From: a virus
Direction: 5' to 3' (one strand)
IMG/VR virus record: IMGVR_UViG_3300005533_000002
Coordinates: 13,117-77,116 of that record
DNA length: 64,000 nucleotides
The notes under the pieces: generated by a model
The model's database searches: none
What the model was told of the DNA's origin: nothing
Seen by the model: only the letters and a program-made list of their open reading frames with translations
Shown: positions 45,485 to 54,807 of the stretch, piece after piece
Layout of the letters: each line of letters starts with the position of its first letter
Numbering within the stretch: position 1 is the stretch's first letter
Program-made: the position numbers and the translations under genes

Positions 45485-45967
45485 TCAGCTCATCACAATG
45501 TTGGTGCCCTCGTAACCTTGGCCGTAGTCGGCCACCACGAAAGTAGTGGGCTGGCGTTCCTGATGGTAAAAGACCCAGCGAAAGCGATTGTACGTCGGCG
45601 AGAACACGCGCATCAACTCAACTGGTGTGCCGGCCGCAATGTTAGCCCGCCCGTTCTGCTCGATGGCCGGATCAGTATTCACGTCGGATTGTAGGCCGCC
45701 GGGGCGCGGCACCAAGACACCGCCCTGAACAATCTGTTCAGTCCAAGCGTACACGTTGCCGTTGGACGCACCGAGTCGAGCCGAGAGCGTGCCAGCATCC
45801 TGATTGGTCGGTGAGCTGGCCAGTCGAATAAGCCAGCCGAAGCTTCCGAAAATTGCGTGGATTGGAGGTGCCGGACTGACGATGCTTTGGCGGCGCAAGT
45901 CGGCAACGGCCCGGTTCAGCTCTTCGGCTGTGGGAATGGGCGCATCATTGTTCAGATTCCAGGGCAT
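45485..45967 (-). CDS. Tail tip protein, paralog 1
   Basis: TAEELN...RRQ...PAPP; YAWTEQ...PAIEQNG. Confidence 0.65.
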   Translation of the reverse strand: MPWNLNNDAPIPTAEELNRAVADLRRQSIVSPAPPIHAIFGSFGWLIRLASSPTNQDAGTLSARLGASNGNVYAWTEQIVQGGVLVPRPGGLQSDVNTDPAIEQNGRANIAAGTPVELMRVFSPTYNRFRWVFYHQERQPTTFVVADYGQGYEGTNIVMS

Positions 45968-46334
45968 GGGCTCTTCCGATAATGTTTTCAGCGTCCTGGT
46001 AGGCCACGGCCCGATTGTCGCCGACTAACAGCCAGTCCCCCGGAAGAATGGGTCTCGATGAATTGCCTATTGCTGCTCCAGGCTTCAGCCACGCAGAGCA
46101 ACCCACGCTATCTGCCGGGACAGCAAAAACAAGTTCGTAGGGTCCGGCATACCACTCGTCCTTACGAGCATCCCAACGGTAAGCGTCCGGATTGGTGGCA
46201 AGAAGATTCCTGACCATGTCGAGCTGATGGTGATTTTTGCAGCGCACAACCACGATAATATATCCGTTGGCGCGCCGGTCCGATGTACCATAGCCCTCGG
46301 GATGCCGGTTCCTGGCAAAGACTGCGAGAATCAT
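45945..46334 (-). CDS. Hypothetical protein in tail region
   Basis: GAGG RBS; operon context. Confidence 0.5.
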   Translation of the reverse strand: MILAVFARNRHPEGYGTSDRRANGYIIVVVRCKNHHQLDMVRNLLATNPDAYRWDARKDEWYAGPYELVFAVPADSVGCSAWLKPGAAIGNSSRPILPGDWLLVGDNRAVAYQDAENIIGRAHALESEQ

Positions 46335-46343
46335 GCGTAAACC

Positions 46344-47552
46344 TCACAGGAAGTACAATAGCGGGGTGAAATCCGCAAGAGCGTAAATGAAGCCGTAGTC
46401 GTTTACGGCTATCCCGACGTTGTTTGTGTACGGACCGATTTGGCTGCCATCCGTCCACAGCAGCGGCGGCGATGGCTGCGTTTGCGACATGGCTGCCGGT
46501 GTGGCCAGCGAGCGGACGTACTGGTATCCAGGTTGCGTGGTGCCGGCCTTGCCATCGGGGTTCCCGTTGTAAAGGGACAGCCACGAGTTGGGCTGAAATG
46601 ATGTCTTGAACACAATATCCCACACCGGCGCACCGTTGAGCGTCCATGTGCGCCGCGCCTCCATGCCCACAACCAGTAATGTACTCGGCTGAAAGCCAAG
46701 GAAGCTGGTGCTGTTGACAGCGCCAATTATCTGGGCAATGGGGGCGAAGTACGGTGCCGGCAGATAGTGCCGCGTCAGACTGAACTCGCCGCCCGGAATG
46801 ATCTTGCCAACATCTTCGGCCAGCGTCGTGTAGGCCGATGGATTCGTGGTGCCGTAAACATCCTGGAGTCCCTTGCGAATGTCGGTGCCCAGCCAGGCTA
46901 ATTGCGTCGATGGCACAGACAGGATTTGCCCGCTCACGTTCAGGGTGACATCCATGTCGAGCGGCATGTACGTGGCCGTTATTTTGGCGCGTTCGTAATA
47001 GATGCGCGGCGTTAGCGGATCGGCATCGTAGCCGCGAATCAAGCCCTCGATGCCCTCAACTTCCAGCTCGCGGCAGAACATCCACGGCATGCCGGCGGAA
47101 AACACGTCGGGCAGATAGTAGGTTGGCACGCCGCCGGACTGGTTGACTGAGTAACCGAGCAAAGCGTTGCCGAAGTCCATCCACTGAAACCACGGCACTT
47201 CGAAAATGCGCGTCCCCTTCCAGCCCGATCGGTTATACGAAACCTTCCCCGAGCCGGCGTACTCCTTCATGCTGATGAAGGTGGATAGGTAGCCATTACC
47301 CTGGAAATAGGGCACCCACACACCTACCGGCGGGGCGTTGCCCTGCTGGCCGCTGCTTGTCTGATAGAATACTTGGCCCGTGGGAACGCCCAGCGTGGCC
47401 GGTTGGATCTTGTCCGGGTCGTCTGGCGTCCCCGTTGGCGAAGGAAATGCTTGCGGCGGCTGCGGGATGACGCTCGGCTGAAGCGGGTAACTCTGCTGCT
47501 CGGGCGGGAACGTGCCGGGCACAATCAGGTTTTCGAAGTCGTTGAGCGGCAT
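46344..47552 (-). CDS. Tail tip / distal tail-hub protein
   Basis: Directly after tape measure; IGAVNSTSFLGF..STLL, Y..ADF..L. Confidence 0.65.
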   Translation of the reverse strand: MPLNDFENLIVPGTFPPEQQSYPLQPSVIPQPPQAFPSPTGTPDDPDKIQPATLGVPTGQVFYQTSSGQQGNAPPVGVWVPYFQGNGYLSTFISMKEYAGSGKVSYNRSGWKGTRIFEVPWFQWMDFGNALLGYSVNQSGGVPTYYLPDVFSAGMPWMFCRELEVEGIEGLIRGYDADPLTPRIYYERAKITATYMPLDMDVTLNVSGQILSVPSTQLAWLGTDIRKGLQDVYGTTNPSAYTTLAEDVGKIIPGGEFSLTRHYLPAPYFAPIAQIIGAVNSTSFLGFQPSTLLVVGMEARRTWTLNGAPVWDIVFKTSFQPNSWLSLYNGNPDGKAGTTQPGYQYVRSLATPAAMSQTQPSPPLLWTDGSQIGPYTNNVGIAVNDYGFIYALADFTPLLYFL

Positions 47553-47558
47553 GAGCGA

Positions 47559-49046
47559 TTATCCGGCCACGGCCATGAGTTTCGGTTTCTTGGGGTCAAG
47601 CTTATCGGCGATCTTGTCGAGCTTGTTGTTCGTCTGCACCTGCTGATCGTATTGCTTCCGTGCCCAAATGGACGGGTCGTTGATGGCTCCCTGCTGGAGC
47701 TTCTTCCAGAAGCCCGCCAAATCCGAGAATTCGGCCGGCTTGCCACCGCCTTCGATTTTCGGGACGTTAACCCTATCGCCCGTAGCGCCGTCTCCCGTTG
47801 CTCCGGTGGACTGGATGGAAGCTTTGAGGCGATCGAGCAGTGCCGTGCCGCCCGGAATCCACGCAGCAATCCGTTGCCAGAGATTGCCCAGAACCTCCGT
47901 CAGCATGCGCACGCCCCCGACGACCCAGCCCATTACCGTGATAAGTCCCACGAAGCCAAAGTAGACCGCCGTGATAATGGGAAACAGATAGGGCAGCAGT
48001 TTCTTGAGCGGCTCGATTAACTGACGGAAGTTGTCCACTCCGGCTGCCCGGTACAATTCCTTGACCATGTCCATGATGTTGCGGAGCGCATCGGCAAGAA
48101 CTTCCAGGATGGCGACAAAGGCCGGACCAACCATCTTGCCAATTTCTTCGATAACCTGACCGAAGGACTTCTTTACCTGTTCGAATTTGAAGCCGGATGT
48201 TTCGCGGTCGGCAGCGGCCATTGTCGAGCCCTGACCGGCGAACTTTTCCAGGATTTTGCGGACGGCGTCCGGGTTCTGCGCTTCGAGTAGCTCGGCACGC
48301 ATTTCCGGTCCCAGTTGCCTTCCCAGACGCATCTTGGCCGGGGCGAAGCCGCCTGGCTGGCGCATCATTTCCAAGGCACCCTGAAGCGACTTGTTGACTT
48401 CGGCAATCCGTTCGGCGGATGGTGCGGTGCCGGGCTCGGCGAAACGATGGGCGAGCATGACGGCGACTTTGGCCCAGTCGGCAGCGTCCTTGTACGACTT
48501 GGCCACCTTCTCGTTTTCCAGGATGAGGCGCCGGGCCTCGCCCACGGACAGGCGCGTGCTTTGGGCCAGCTGGTAGGCCCCTTCGGAAACCTTGTCCATC
48601 TCGCCCGCACTCTTGCCCAGCGCGTCCAGCAGGGACTTGGAACGAATCATCTCATCGTTCCACTTGATGAACGCGGACGTGGCCATTGTGATAAAGGCTA
48701 TTTCCGCAACCAGTACAGCCAAGACTGCCACAATGGCAGTGGCCAGCAGAGCAGTGGCGCCGGCGGTGGCACTGAGGCCACTCGTCAAGGGTCCGAGAGC
48801 CTGGGTGAGGCTGCTACTCACGCCCAGCATGTTGGCCATCTTGCTGACGGATTGCTTGAGGCTTTCTTGGAGCGTTTCCAGCGCCTTGGTAGTCCGTTCG
48901 ATTTCCTTCTTGTCGATGACGGGCGCTCTACCGAGCATTTGGAGCTTGTCTAGCTGCCGGTGTACGGCGTCAAGGGTAGGTTGCAACTTTCCCGTTTCGG
49001 TGACGAGGTTGACAACCAAACGCGCCAGCTCAAATGTAGGACCCAT
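47559..49046 (-). CDS. Tape measure protein (short, 495 aa)
   Basis: FELARLVVNL start, helical Ala/Leu-rich with hydrophobic stretches; follows chaperones. Confidence 0.8.
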   Translation of the reverse strand: MGPTFELARLVVNLVTETGKLQPTLDAVHRQLDKLQMLGRAPVIDKKEIERTTKALETLQESLKQSVSKMANMLGVSSSLTQALGPLTSGLSATAGATALLATAIVAVLAVLVAEIAFITMATSAFIKWNDEMIRSKSLLDALGKSAGEMDKVSEGAYQLAQSTRLSVGEARRLILENEKVAKSYKDAADWAKVAVMLAHRFAEPGTAPSAERIAEVNKSLQGALEMMRQPGGFAPAKMRLGRQLGPEMRAELLEAQNPDAVRKILEKFAGQGSTMAAADRETSGFKFEQVKKSFGQVIEEIGKMVGPAFVAILEVLADALRNIMDMVKELYRAAGVDNFRQLIEPLKKLLPYLFPIITAVYFGFVGLITVMGWVVGGVRMLTEVLGNLWQRIAAWIPGGTALLDRLKASIQSTGATGDGATGDRVNVPKIEGGGKPAEFSDLAGFWKKLQQGAINDPSIWARKQYDQQVQTNNKLDKIADKLDPKKPKLMAVAG

Positions 49047-49362
49047 ATCCCCTCGCTTCCATTATCTTCCTGGCGCGTTTCAGGGCATCTTCCGGACGTT
49101 GCTGCTGTCGCATGCGGCGCACCCACGCGGCGTATTCTTCCGGGGAACCGATCCGCACCCCCTGGCCATCCGCTTTGCTGGCCCGACTGATCGCCACAAG
49201 CTGAGCCGGTGTCATGCGGGCGATTTCGTCGGGCAGCTTCTTGAGCCCCTGCATCATTTCAAGAAAGAACTTGGGCCAATCGGGCTCGCCGGCCTCACCA
49301 TTGCAATGTTCATCTCCGGCGGCGTCTCCGGCACCAGGCTCGCCGCCGGCTTCGTAGGGTTT
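49030..49362 (-). CDS. Tail assembly chaperone gpT-like frame reached by -1 frameshift
   Basis: Open -1 frame from A-AAC-CCT (49362-49356) through DWPKFF...PDEIARMTPAQL. Confidence 0.7.
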   Translation of the reverse strand, partial: KPYEAGGEPGAGDAAGDEHCNGEAGEPDWPKFFLEMMQGLKKLPDEIARMTPAQLVAISRASKADGQGVRIGSPEEYAAWVRRMRQQQRPEDALKRARKIMEARGYGSYI

Positions 49363-49835
49363 GTGTCTGAACCCTTGACTTGCATGCTGTCTTGCAGTAA
49401 CTGAGCAATCCTGTCCACCTTCTGCTTGAGGCTGGCGATCGGCTCGGCCAAGACAAGCTCGCGAACCGTGTCGTAATCCAACGTAGGATGGTTCGGCCGC
49501 GCTGCCAGCCAGATGAGCAGTGCGACTCCTTCGCCCTCTTGCAGAAGCCTCAAGGCGCCGCTGGAGTCGATTCCACCCGCGCCGCTCTTGGCGTCGTCGT
49601 GCGCCGCGCGCAGAATCAGTTCAGAAGCGTCCTTGAGAACCTGCGGCGCAAGGCCACGCCCGGAAAGGCTCTTGAGCGCCTCTCCGGCAACTTCCCACGG
49701 ATCGGGCAAGCGTTCCTTGAGCCATGCCCGGATCGTCCCAAGCGCGCCAACGCTGTACTGAGACAGAAACAGCGTGCGGCCACCCAGCTCGATGGTGCCG
49801 GCCGCACCGGTCATCGTATGCAACTCTACTCCCAT
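49254..49835 (-). CDS. Tail assembly chaperone gpG-like
   Basis: Between tail tube and tape measure; slippery site near 3' end. Confidence 0.75.
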   Translation of the reverse strand: MGVELHTMTGAAGTIELGGRTLFLSQYSVGALGTIRAWLKERLPDPWEVAGEALKSLSGRGLAPQVLKDASELILRAAHDDAKSGAGGIDSSGALRLLQEGEGVALLIWLAARPNHPTLDYDTVRELVLAEPIASLKQKVDRIAQLLQDSMQVKGSDTNPTKPAASLVPETPPEMNIAMVRPASPIGPSSFLK

Positions 49836-49879
49836 ACCGTCGCCTCCATCAGTGGCTCAAAAAGTTGAGCCGCTCGCGT

Positions 49880-50332
49880 TTAGGCCGGATCAAGAATCGG
49901 GCCGCTGAAGCTGGCGGCCAGCCGCCAATCGACGGCACCGGAATTCGGATCTAGCACGACGCTGTTATCTTCCACAAAGATGGTGCCGACGTAGGCCGAA
50001 CCGGGATCGGCGGCGTTGAGCCAGCCAGGGCGACGGACATACGCGGAAATCGCGTACAGGGCACCCTGGCGAAGCTGCGGCGGCGTGATGGGCTGGCCGA
50101 CGCGCCAGTGGCCTTCGGCGGAAAGTGAACCCCCGGACGGACCGGGCGAATACTCTTGCCAAATCTGATTGACACCAGCAACGACGGCGCCAGAGGTCGA
50201 ACCGGTGACCTCGGTTTTCTTGGCCATTTTCTTGATTTCGACCTTGCTCATAGGCATTTCAGTCGAATTTACGAAGAGAGCCACAGAAGCGCCGGTCAGG
50301 GTGACCGAACTCTGCTCAACTGGGGCTGCCAT
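49880..50332 (-). CDS. Major tail tube protein
   Basis: GAGGA RBS; beta-rich, EVTGS...WQEY.PG..GG....G.W...FSG. Confidence 0.7.
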   Translation of the reverse strand: MAAPVEQSSVTLTGASVALFVNSTEMPMSKVEIKKMAKKTEVTGSTSGAVVAGVNQIWQEYSPGPSGGSLSAEGHWRVGQPITPPQLRQGALYAISAYVRRPGWLNAADPGSAYVGTIFVEDNSVVLDPNSGAVDWRLAASFSGPILDPA

Positions 50333-50348
50333 AGGAGTATCCTCTTGG

Positions 50349-51143
50349 TTAGGCGACGAAGACAAACGGTTTGTCTGCCTTCAATTGGTGTTTGCAAATA
50401 CCACTAATCCTCTTTGACATCTGGCAGTTCAAACAAAGAACCTGGAGACCGTCAGCAGAAAACTCTCTCTTTAGTAGTCTCCTGTATAGGTGCATGCCCC
50501 CGGCCCGCCAGCCGTGCTCTCTCCGGTGCTTACCACCGTCGTTGTTGACATGATCAACGCTGAGAAAATCGATTTCGTCTTCTCCGCAACAGCGACAAAA
50601 ACAACCCCCTAACAACTCAAAGCATCGCCTCTTTAGAGCCAGATGAGCGCGCTTGCCCGCACTTCTGAATTTATCCAGGCATCCTGAACACGCCTTTCGA
50701 CCGGGAACGTCCAGTTCCGAACCGCAGTTTTTGCAAAGCCCCGCCTCCCGAAAACGCTGGCGTCTCGTTTTCAAATCGTTGCACAAAACTGGAAGACAAC
50801 AATCCAAGCAGAGCGCCCTCCGATAAACCTCGTTGGAGCCGCACTTCTGACATTTGCCATTTCCGAGCGGGCATCTTTCGTGCTCCCAACAAGCCAGGCA
50901 CAAACCAGTATTTGTTGGAGTCCTTCCACCGCCACGCTTTGTCTGCTGCCCGCATTTGCGGCACACAAACCTTTGTGCAGGTTGTTTTGGGCTGGTCTCC
51001 GGATGATTTCTCCTGTGCCACTCACGATTGGTTATGGAGTGACAGGTCCTACACTGAGCCCTCAGCCTCCTGCCTTTGCCTTGGAAACCGAATTCTTCCC
51101 CTTCCTTCTCCACCCCGCACTTGCTGCACTTTTTCATCCCCAT
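50349..51143 (-). CDS. HNH endonuclease with multiple Zn fingers
   Basis: KKCSKCG, CRCCGE...FLSVDHVNNDG...LQVLCLNC. Confidence 0.8.
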   Translation of the reverse strand: MGMKKCSKCGVEKEGEEFGFQGKGRRLRAQCRTCHSITNREWHRRNHPETSPKQPAQRFVCRKCGQQTKRGGGRTPTNTGLCLACWEHERCPLGNGKCQKCGSNEVYRRALCLDCCLPVLCNDLKTRRQRFREAGLCKNCGSELDVPGRKACSGCLDKFRSAGKRAHLALKRRCFELLGGCFCRCCGEDEIDFLSVDHVNNDGGKHRREHGWRAGGMHLYRRLLKREFSADGLQVLCLNCQMSKRISGICKHQLKADKPFVFVA

Positions 51144-51149
51144 GCCCCC

Positions 51150-51653
51150 TCAAGGATAAGGCAACACGTTGTTTGTGTTCAAGGTGCCACTCATGGCTCG
51201 GTAGCGTAAGGGGCAGTGGTAGACATCCCGACTGAGCGTACTACGGTCCGGATCGGGCATGAGCGCGATCGCCGAAACGCGCTGCAAGTAGACGGGGACA
51301 TTCTGCCGGTTATCCACCTTCTTGCGATTCAGCAGACCATCGACTTGCTCGGCGAAAAACTCAGTCGGATCTTCCCCCTCCCCGTACACCGACACCTGCA
51401 CAATCAAATCATCGAAGTTCGCCCCGTCCGACTCCTGCATCGCTCGACCACCAACCTTGGACAGGATAATCAGCGGATACATATCGTCCCCCGCCGCGTT
51501 GTCCGGTCCGCTCGACGAGTCGATTCCCGGCACTCGGTAGGGCCTAATCCGATTCCGTCCGCACGCCGTGCCAACATTGGGGTCTTTGAGCAAGCGCGCG
51601 CGGATAGTGCCGAGTATCCCCCCATTCGTTCCAGCAATCTGCGGCATCGGCAT
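51150..51653 (-). CDS. Tail terminator-like protein
   Basis: RI.P...YPLIIL...VQVSVY; between neck and tube genes. Confidence 0.7.
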   Translation of the reverse strand: MPMPQIAGTNGGILGTIRARLLKDPNVGTACGRNRIRPYRVPGIDSSSGPDNAAGDDMYPLIILSKVGGRAMQESDGANFDDLIVQVSVYGEGEDPTEFFAEQVDGLLNRKKVDNRQNVPVYLQRVSAIALMPDPDRSTLSRDVYHCPLRYRAMSGTLNTNNVLPYP

Positions 51654-51664
51654 GTTGACAATCC

Positions 51665-52213
51665 TCAGCGAGCCATCTGGCCGCCATTACGGAACAGGCT
51701 CGTTGCAATCCTTACCGCGCGCTCCAAAAATGCGACAACCTTGCTTTTCTTCTTCCCACCTATTCTACCACCAGCCCCGCCGGCATTGATAGATGTCCGT
51801 GGCGCTGCCTCGCCATGATGTTCTGTCGGTTCTGATAGTCGCGCCGTCCCGCCGCTTCTGGCCCCGGCGGCAACCATCTGCGCGGTGGCATCCATCTCTT
51901 CCAGGGCTGTCACTGTCATGAAGGGGCGCGGGTCCATTTTGCGCGTCCCAAGCTCAAGGTAGACCGCGTAATCGAGCCCGCTTCCCACCGAGTAGCCTTT
52001 CTGGCCTGCTGGTATCGGTATGATCTCGATACTGCCCCGCAATGCCCCAGTATCAACGTGCGGTGCTTCGCCCGGCTGCGAACGCGGCGGCCCAATGATC
52101 GCGATTTTCACCTGGATGGCATCGCGCAAATGTATCGCGCCAGCGAGACAGCCTTGCAGGGCCATGCCGTTGGTTCGGTCCACGATATCCACACCATACC
52201 ATTGCAGGCCCAC
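51665..52213 (-). CDS. HK97 gp10-like neck/tail completion protein
   Basis: PGEAPHVDTGALRGSI...YAVYLELGTRKMDPRPF. Confidence 0.88.
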   Translation of the reverse strand: MGLQWYGVDIVDRTNGMALQGCLAGAIHLRDAIQVKIAIIGPPRSQPGEAPHVDTGALRGSIEIIPIPAGQKGYSVGSGLDYAVYLELGTRKMDPRPFMTVTALEEMDATAQMVAAGARSGGTARLSEPTEHHGEAAPRTSINAGGAGGRIGGKKKSKVVAFLERAVRIATSLFRNGGQMAR

Positions 52214-52222
52214 GCGACTGCC

Positions 52223-53332
52223 TCACAACTTGTACGTCTTGCCGCCAAACTCGATGCGATAGTCCGGCAAAATCGGAATCTGGTCAACGTGGAACCGATC
52301 TTCCGTGATGGTAACTATCGAAAACCCCTGTTGCCAATTAGGAAACTGTACGTATTCCGGGTCCAGACGGCACAGACAGCCGTTTTCCCACGCCCCGCGC
52401 GGTTCCCAAAGGTGGCTTACTAGGTAACTTCCCTGCCGGTGCGTGTGGCCGATAATTACACTCTTGCCGAGCCTATCGTAATGCCGCTTGGCCGAGTAGC
52501 CCGAGTGCATCGACACCGAAAATCCATGCGTTACAAGCAGATTGCCCTGCGCCAACTCAACGAAATGGCTATAGGGCCAATATTCAAAACCATGCTCACG
52601 GGTGCGAAACGCGGCCCGAAACGATTCGTCCGGATCGGCGCCATCAACCCCAATGCCGTGCATGAGAGCCTGCAAGATGGGCGACAACCCGCCGGCTGAG
52701 CGTGCTTCTTGCCAGAGACGACGGCGCCAGCGGTCTTCGTGGTTGCCACCGAGCCAGATTTTTTTCGGAATCTTCTTCAGCCGGATCATGAGCTGTTCGG
52801 ACTTGTGCAATTCCTCCAGCACGGTATCAGTCTTCAGTGGATCGCGATCAAAATTCGAAGAAGCGTAACAATCGGCTATGTCGCCATCCAGGATAATGCA
52901 ATCTGGCTTCCATTTCTCGACGAAGCGAAGTGCCAATTCTAGGGCGTTGGCATCCTCGAACGGATACTGTATATCCGAGAGAATGGCCGCCTTCTTGGCA
53001 TCGACTTTGTGCCCCTTCATGTTGCGCGGGTCGCGACATTCTTTTTTGGCCTCGTATACTCGACGGTGCGACTCCCGGTTCGCTTTCCTGACTCTCTCTC
53101 TTCTTACCGGATCGTTCCTGATTTTGTCATCGATTCGTCTTCGCCGGACCATCGAAGACTTTCTGCCCTTTTCCGACTTGCGATAACGTCCACTGTTGGC
53201 CTTTCCCTCGGGGCTTTTGTTGTAGCGCCGGCCAGATTCCCTAATACATATTTTGCAGCGCGCCCGTCCATCCTTGACCACCGTGTTTTCCAAGCTCTTC
53301 GGATGCCCGCACCGGAACGCATCTTTCGCCAT
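52223..53332 (-). CDS. Calcineurin-like metallophosphoesterase with N-terminal Zn ribbon
   Basis: LSDIQ, DGDIAD, GNHE, THG, GHTH; N-terminal CGH...ENT....RCKIC. Confidence 0.85.
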   Translation of the reverse strand: MAKDAFRCGHPKSLENTVVKDGRARCKICIRESGRRYNKSPEGKANSGRYRKSEKGRKSSMVRRRRIDDKIRNDPVRRERVRKANRESHRRVYEAKKECRDPRNMKGHKVDAKKAAILSDIQYPFEDANALELALRFVEKWKPDCIILDGDIADCYASSNFDRDPLKTDTVLEELHKSEQLMIRLKKIPKKIWLGGNHEDRWRRRLWQEARSAGGLSPILQALMHGIGVDGADPDESFRAAFRTREHGFEYWPYSHFVELAQGNLLVTHGFSVSMHSGYSAKRHYDRLGKSVIIGHTHRQGSYLVSHLWEPRGAWENGCLCRLDPEYVQFPNWQQGFSIVTITEDRFHVDQIPILPDYRIEFGGKTYKL

Positions 53333-53342
53333 CGCCGTCCCC

Positions 53343-53642
53343 CTATCGGTTCTCGATGTAGTAAGTCTTCGTTGACAACACGTTGCCCTGCGTGTCCATC
53401 GTTATTTCCGTGCGCTTTTCAAGGATTACGTCCTCTGGGTAAGAAGTTTGCGGCCAAAAGAGATGGCCGGCCAGAAGCCCGATCAGAAGCGGAATGAGGG
53501 GACAATGGTACGTACCCATCGTCACCAGATATGAAATGGAGCTTTTCCGGCCCGAGCAGCCGATAGCCACGATATCCCAAGCGCCCATGACGAGCAGGCA
53601 GGTCAGGATTACTGCCAGCGATGACCATTGCCATTTTGTCAC
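53343..53642 (-). CDS. Small membrane protein
   Basis: Two TMs; SIS...P..P...G.L.GHLFWP. Confidence 0.6.
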   Translation of the reverse strand: MTKWQWSSLAVILTCLLVMGAWDIVAIGCSGRKSSISYLVTMGTYHCPLIPLLIGLLAGHLFWPQTSYPEDVILEKRTEITMDTQGNVLSTKTYYIENR

Positions 53643-53699
53643 GTGTGCATCCCCGGATGTAAACAGAGTTTAGCAAAATTCTCTGCCGCCTGTCTACGC

Positions 53700-54065
53700 T
53701 TATAGTTTCGGGAAGATTTGAATCAAAAAGCTTTGGTTATCGGGCGGATAGTGCTGCACAAAGCTTCCTTGGGTAATGACGAAGTAGCCGGAATACAACC
53801 CCGGTGTCTGAGTGTCGGTGGGTTGCCAGTTGTATTGAGCGACGCCCTTGTTAATAGTGCCGCTTTGCAGTACGGTCGCCGGGCCATCGACGACTACCGT
53901 GTTTGGCGGTGCATACGTCACCATGTGGAAGCGCACGGTAGCCACGGTCAAATCGATCGGATTGCCGTTGCCATCTTCCAGGGTCGCCTGAATGAATGGC
54001 AACTGGTCGCCTTGGGTCAGACGGATGCGCTGCACAGGATCGAAGGGAACCACAGGCATGGCCAT
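53700..54065 (-). CDS. BppU N-terminal-like structural protein
   Basis: QGD.LP....L.D..G.PIDLT..TV.F.M...G...Y.W...DT...G.Y. Confidence 0.75.
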   Translation of the reverse strand: MAMPVVPFDPVQRIRLTQGDQLPFIQATLEDGNGNPIDLTVATVRFHMVTYAPPNTVVVDGPATVLQSGTINKGVAQYNWQPTDTQTPGLYSGYFVITQGSFVQHYPPDNQSFLIQIFPKL

Positions 54066-54069
54066 GCTC

Positions 54070-54333
54070 CTAGCTTTGTTCGTTGACTTGGATGGCAATG
54101 GGTCCGCTGATAGAGCCGGCGCCGAATGCCAGCGGCGCACCGAAATTGAGGGCCGCCGCGACCCCCAAGTCTGAACCGGCGCCGGAATCTGCCCCTGCAA
54201 CAGCGATGGGAATAGTTCCGATAAGCGCTAGCGGTATCCTCTGTTTCAGCTTGATTGCAAACGGGGCGCGCAGGCGCCCGCGCGGGAAGACTCGGCCAAG
54301 TGTGTGGTAGGATGTTGGGCTGTAGCTACTCAT
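54070..54333 (-). CDS. Small structural protein with one ADSGAGSD motif
   Basis: TGATG coupling; motif shared with 61074-62207. Confidence 0.55.
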   Translation of the reverse strand: MSSYSPTSYHTLGRVFPRGRLRAPFAIKLKQRIPLALIGTIPIAVAGADSGAGSDLGVAAALNFGAPLAFGAGSISGPIAIQVNEQS

Positions 54334-54791
54334 CAGCCAATCTCGCGGTAGGTAAGTTCCACGTCGAAGATCGTAGCCGCAAAGCTCGGCGTGTTGATCT
54401 TCAGGCCAATAATTCCCGATGGCGGGACGATGGGGCGCTTCTCAGGAATGGGCGCAAACTGATAACCCCCCACCGATGGCACGCCCTGCATGCCAAGCTT
54501 GGTGTTTGCCGTGTACGTCGGCTCGCTCGTGGGCACGGCGCCAACCGTGGACGCAGAAGCCTGATCGCCCGGCTCGTGTTTGCTTGGCGTCAGGACGGTG
54601 GGCGAACCCCCCGCCGCTGAGGCACGCTGCAAGAAGATTTCGAGCTGTTGGTTATTGGCATTGTTCAGATCGGTGACAAATGCCTCCAGAATCTCGATAC
54701 AGGCCCCGGGCGGGGCGGTTAGCTGAAGAAGCGTTTGCGGCCCCGCACTCAGGGAAACCGTCTGGAAATTGGCTGTGTAGACACCACGCAC
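54333..54791 (-). CDS. Putative virion beta-sandwich protein
   Basis: AAGGAG RBS plus GTG; resembles C-terminal domain of 56391-61067. Confidence 0.6.
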   Translation of the reverse strand: MRGVYTANFQTVSLSAGPQTLLQLTAPPGACIEILEAFVTDLNNANNQQLEIFLQRASAAGGSPTVLTPSKHEPGDQASASTVGAVPTSEPTYTANTKLGMQGVPSVGGYQFAPIPEKRPIVPPSGIIGLKINTPSFAATIFDVELTYREIG

Positions 54792-54807
54792 GGTAAAATC
54801 TCCTTAG

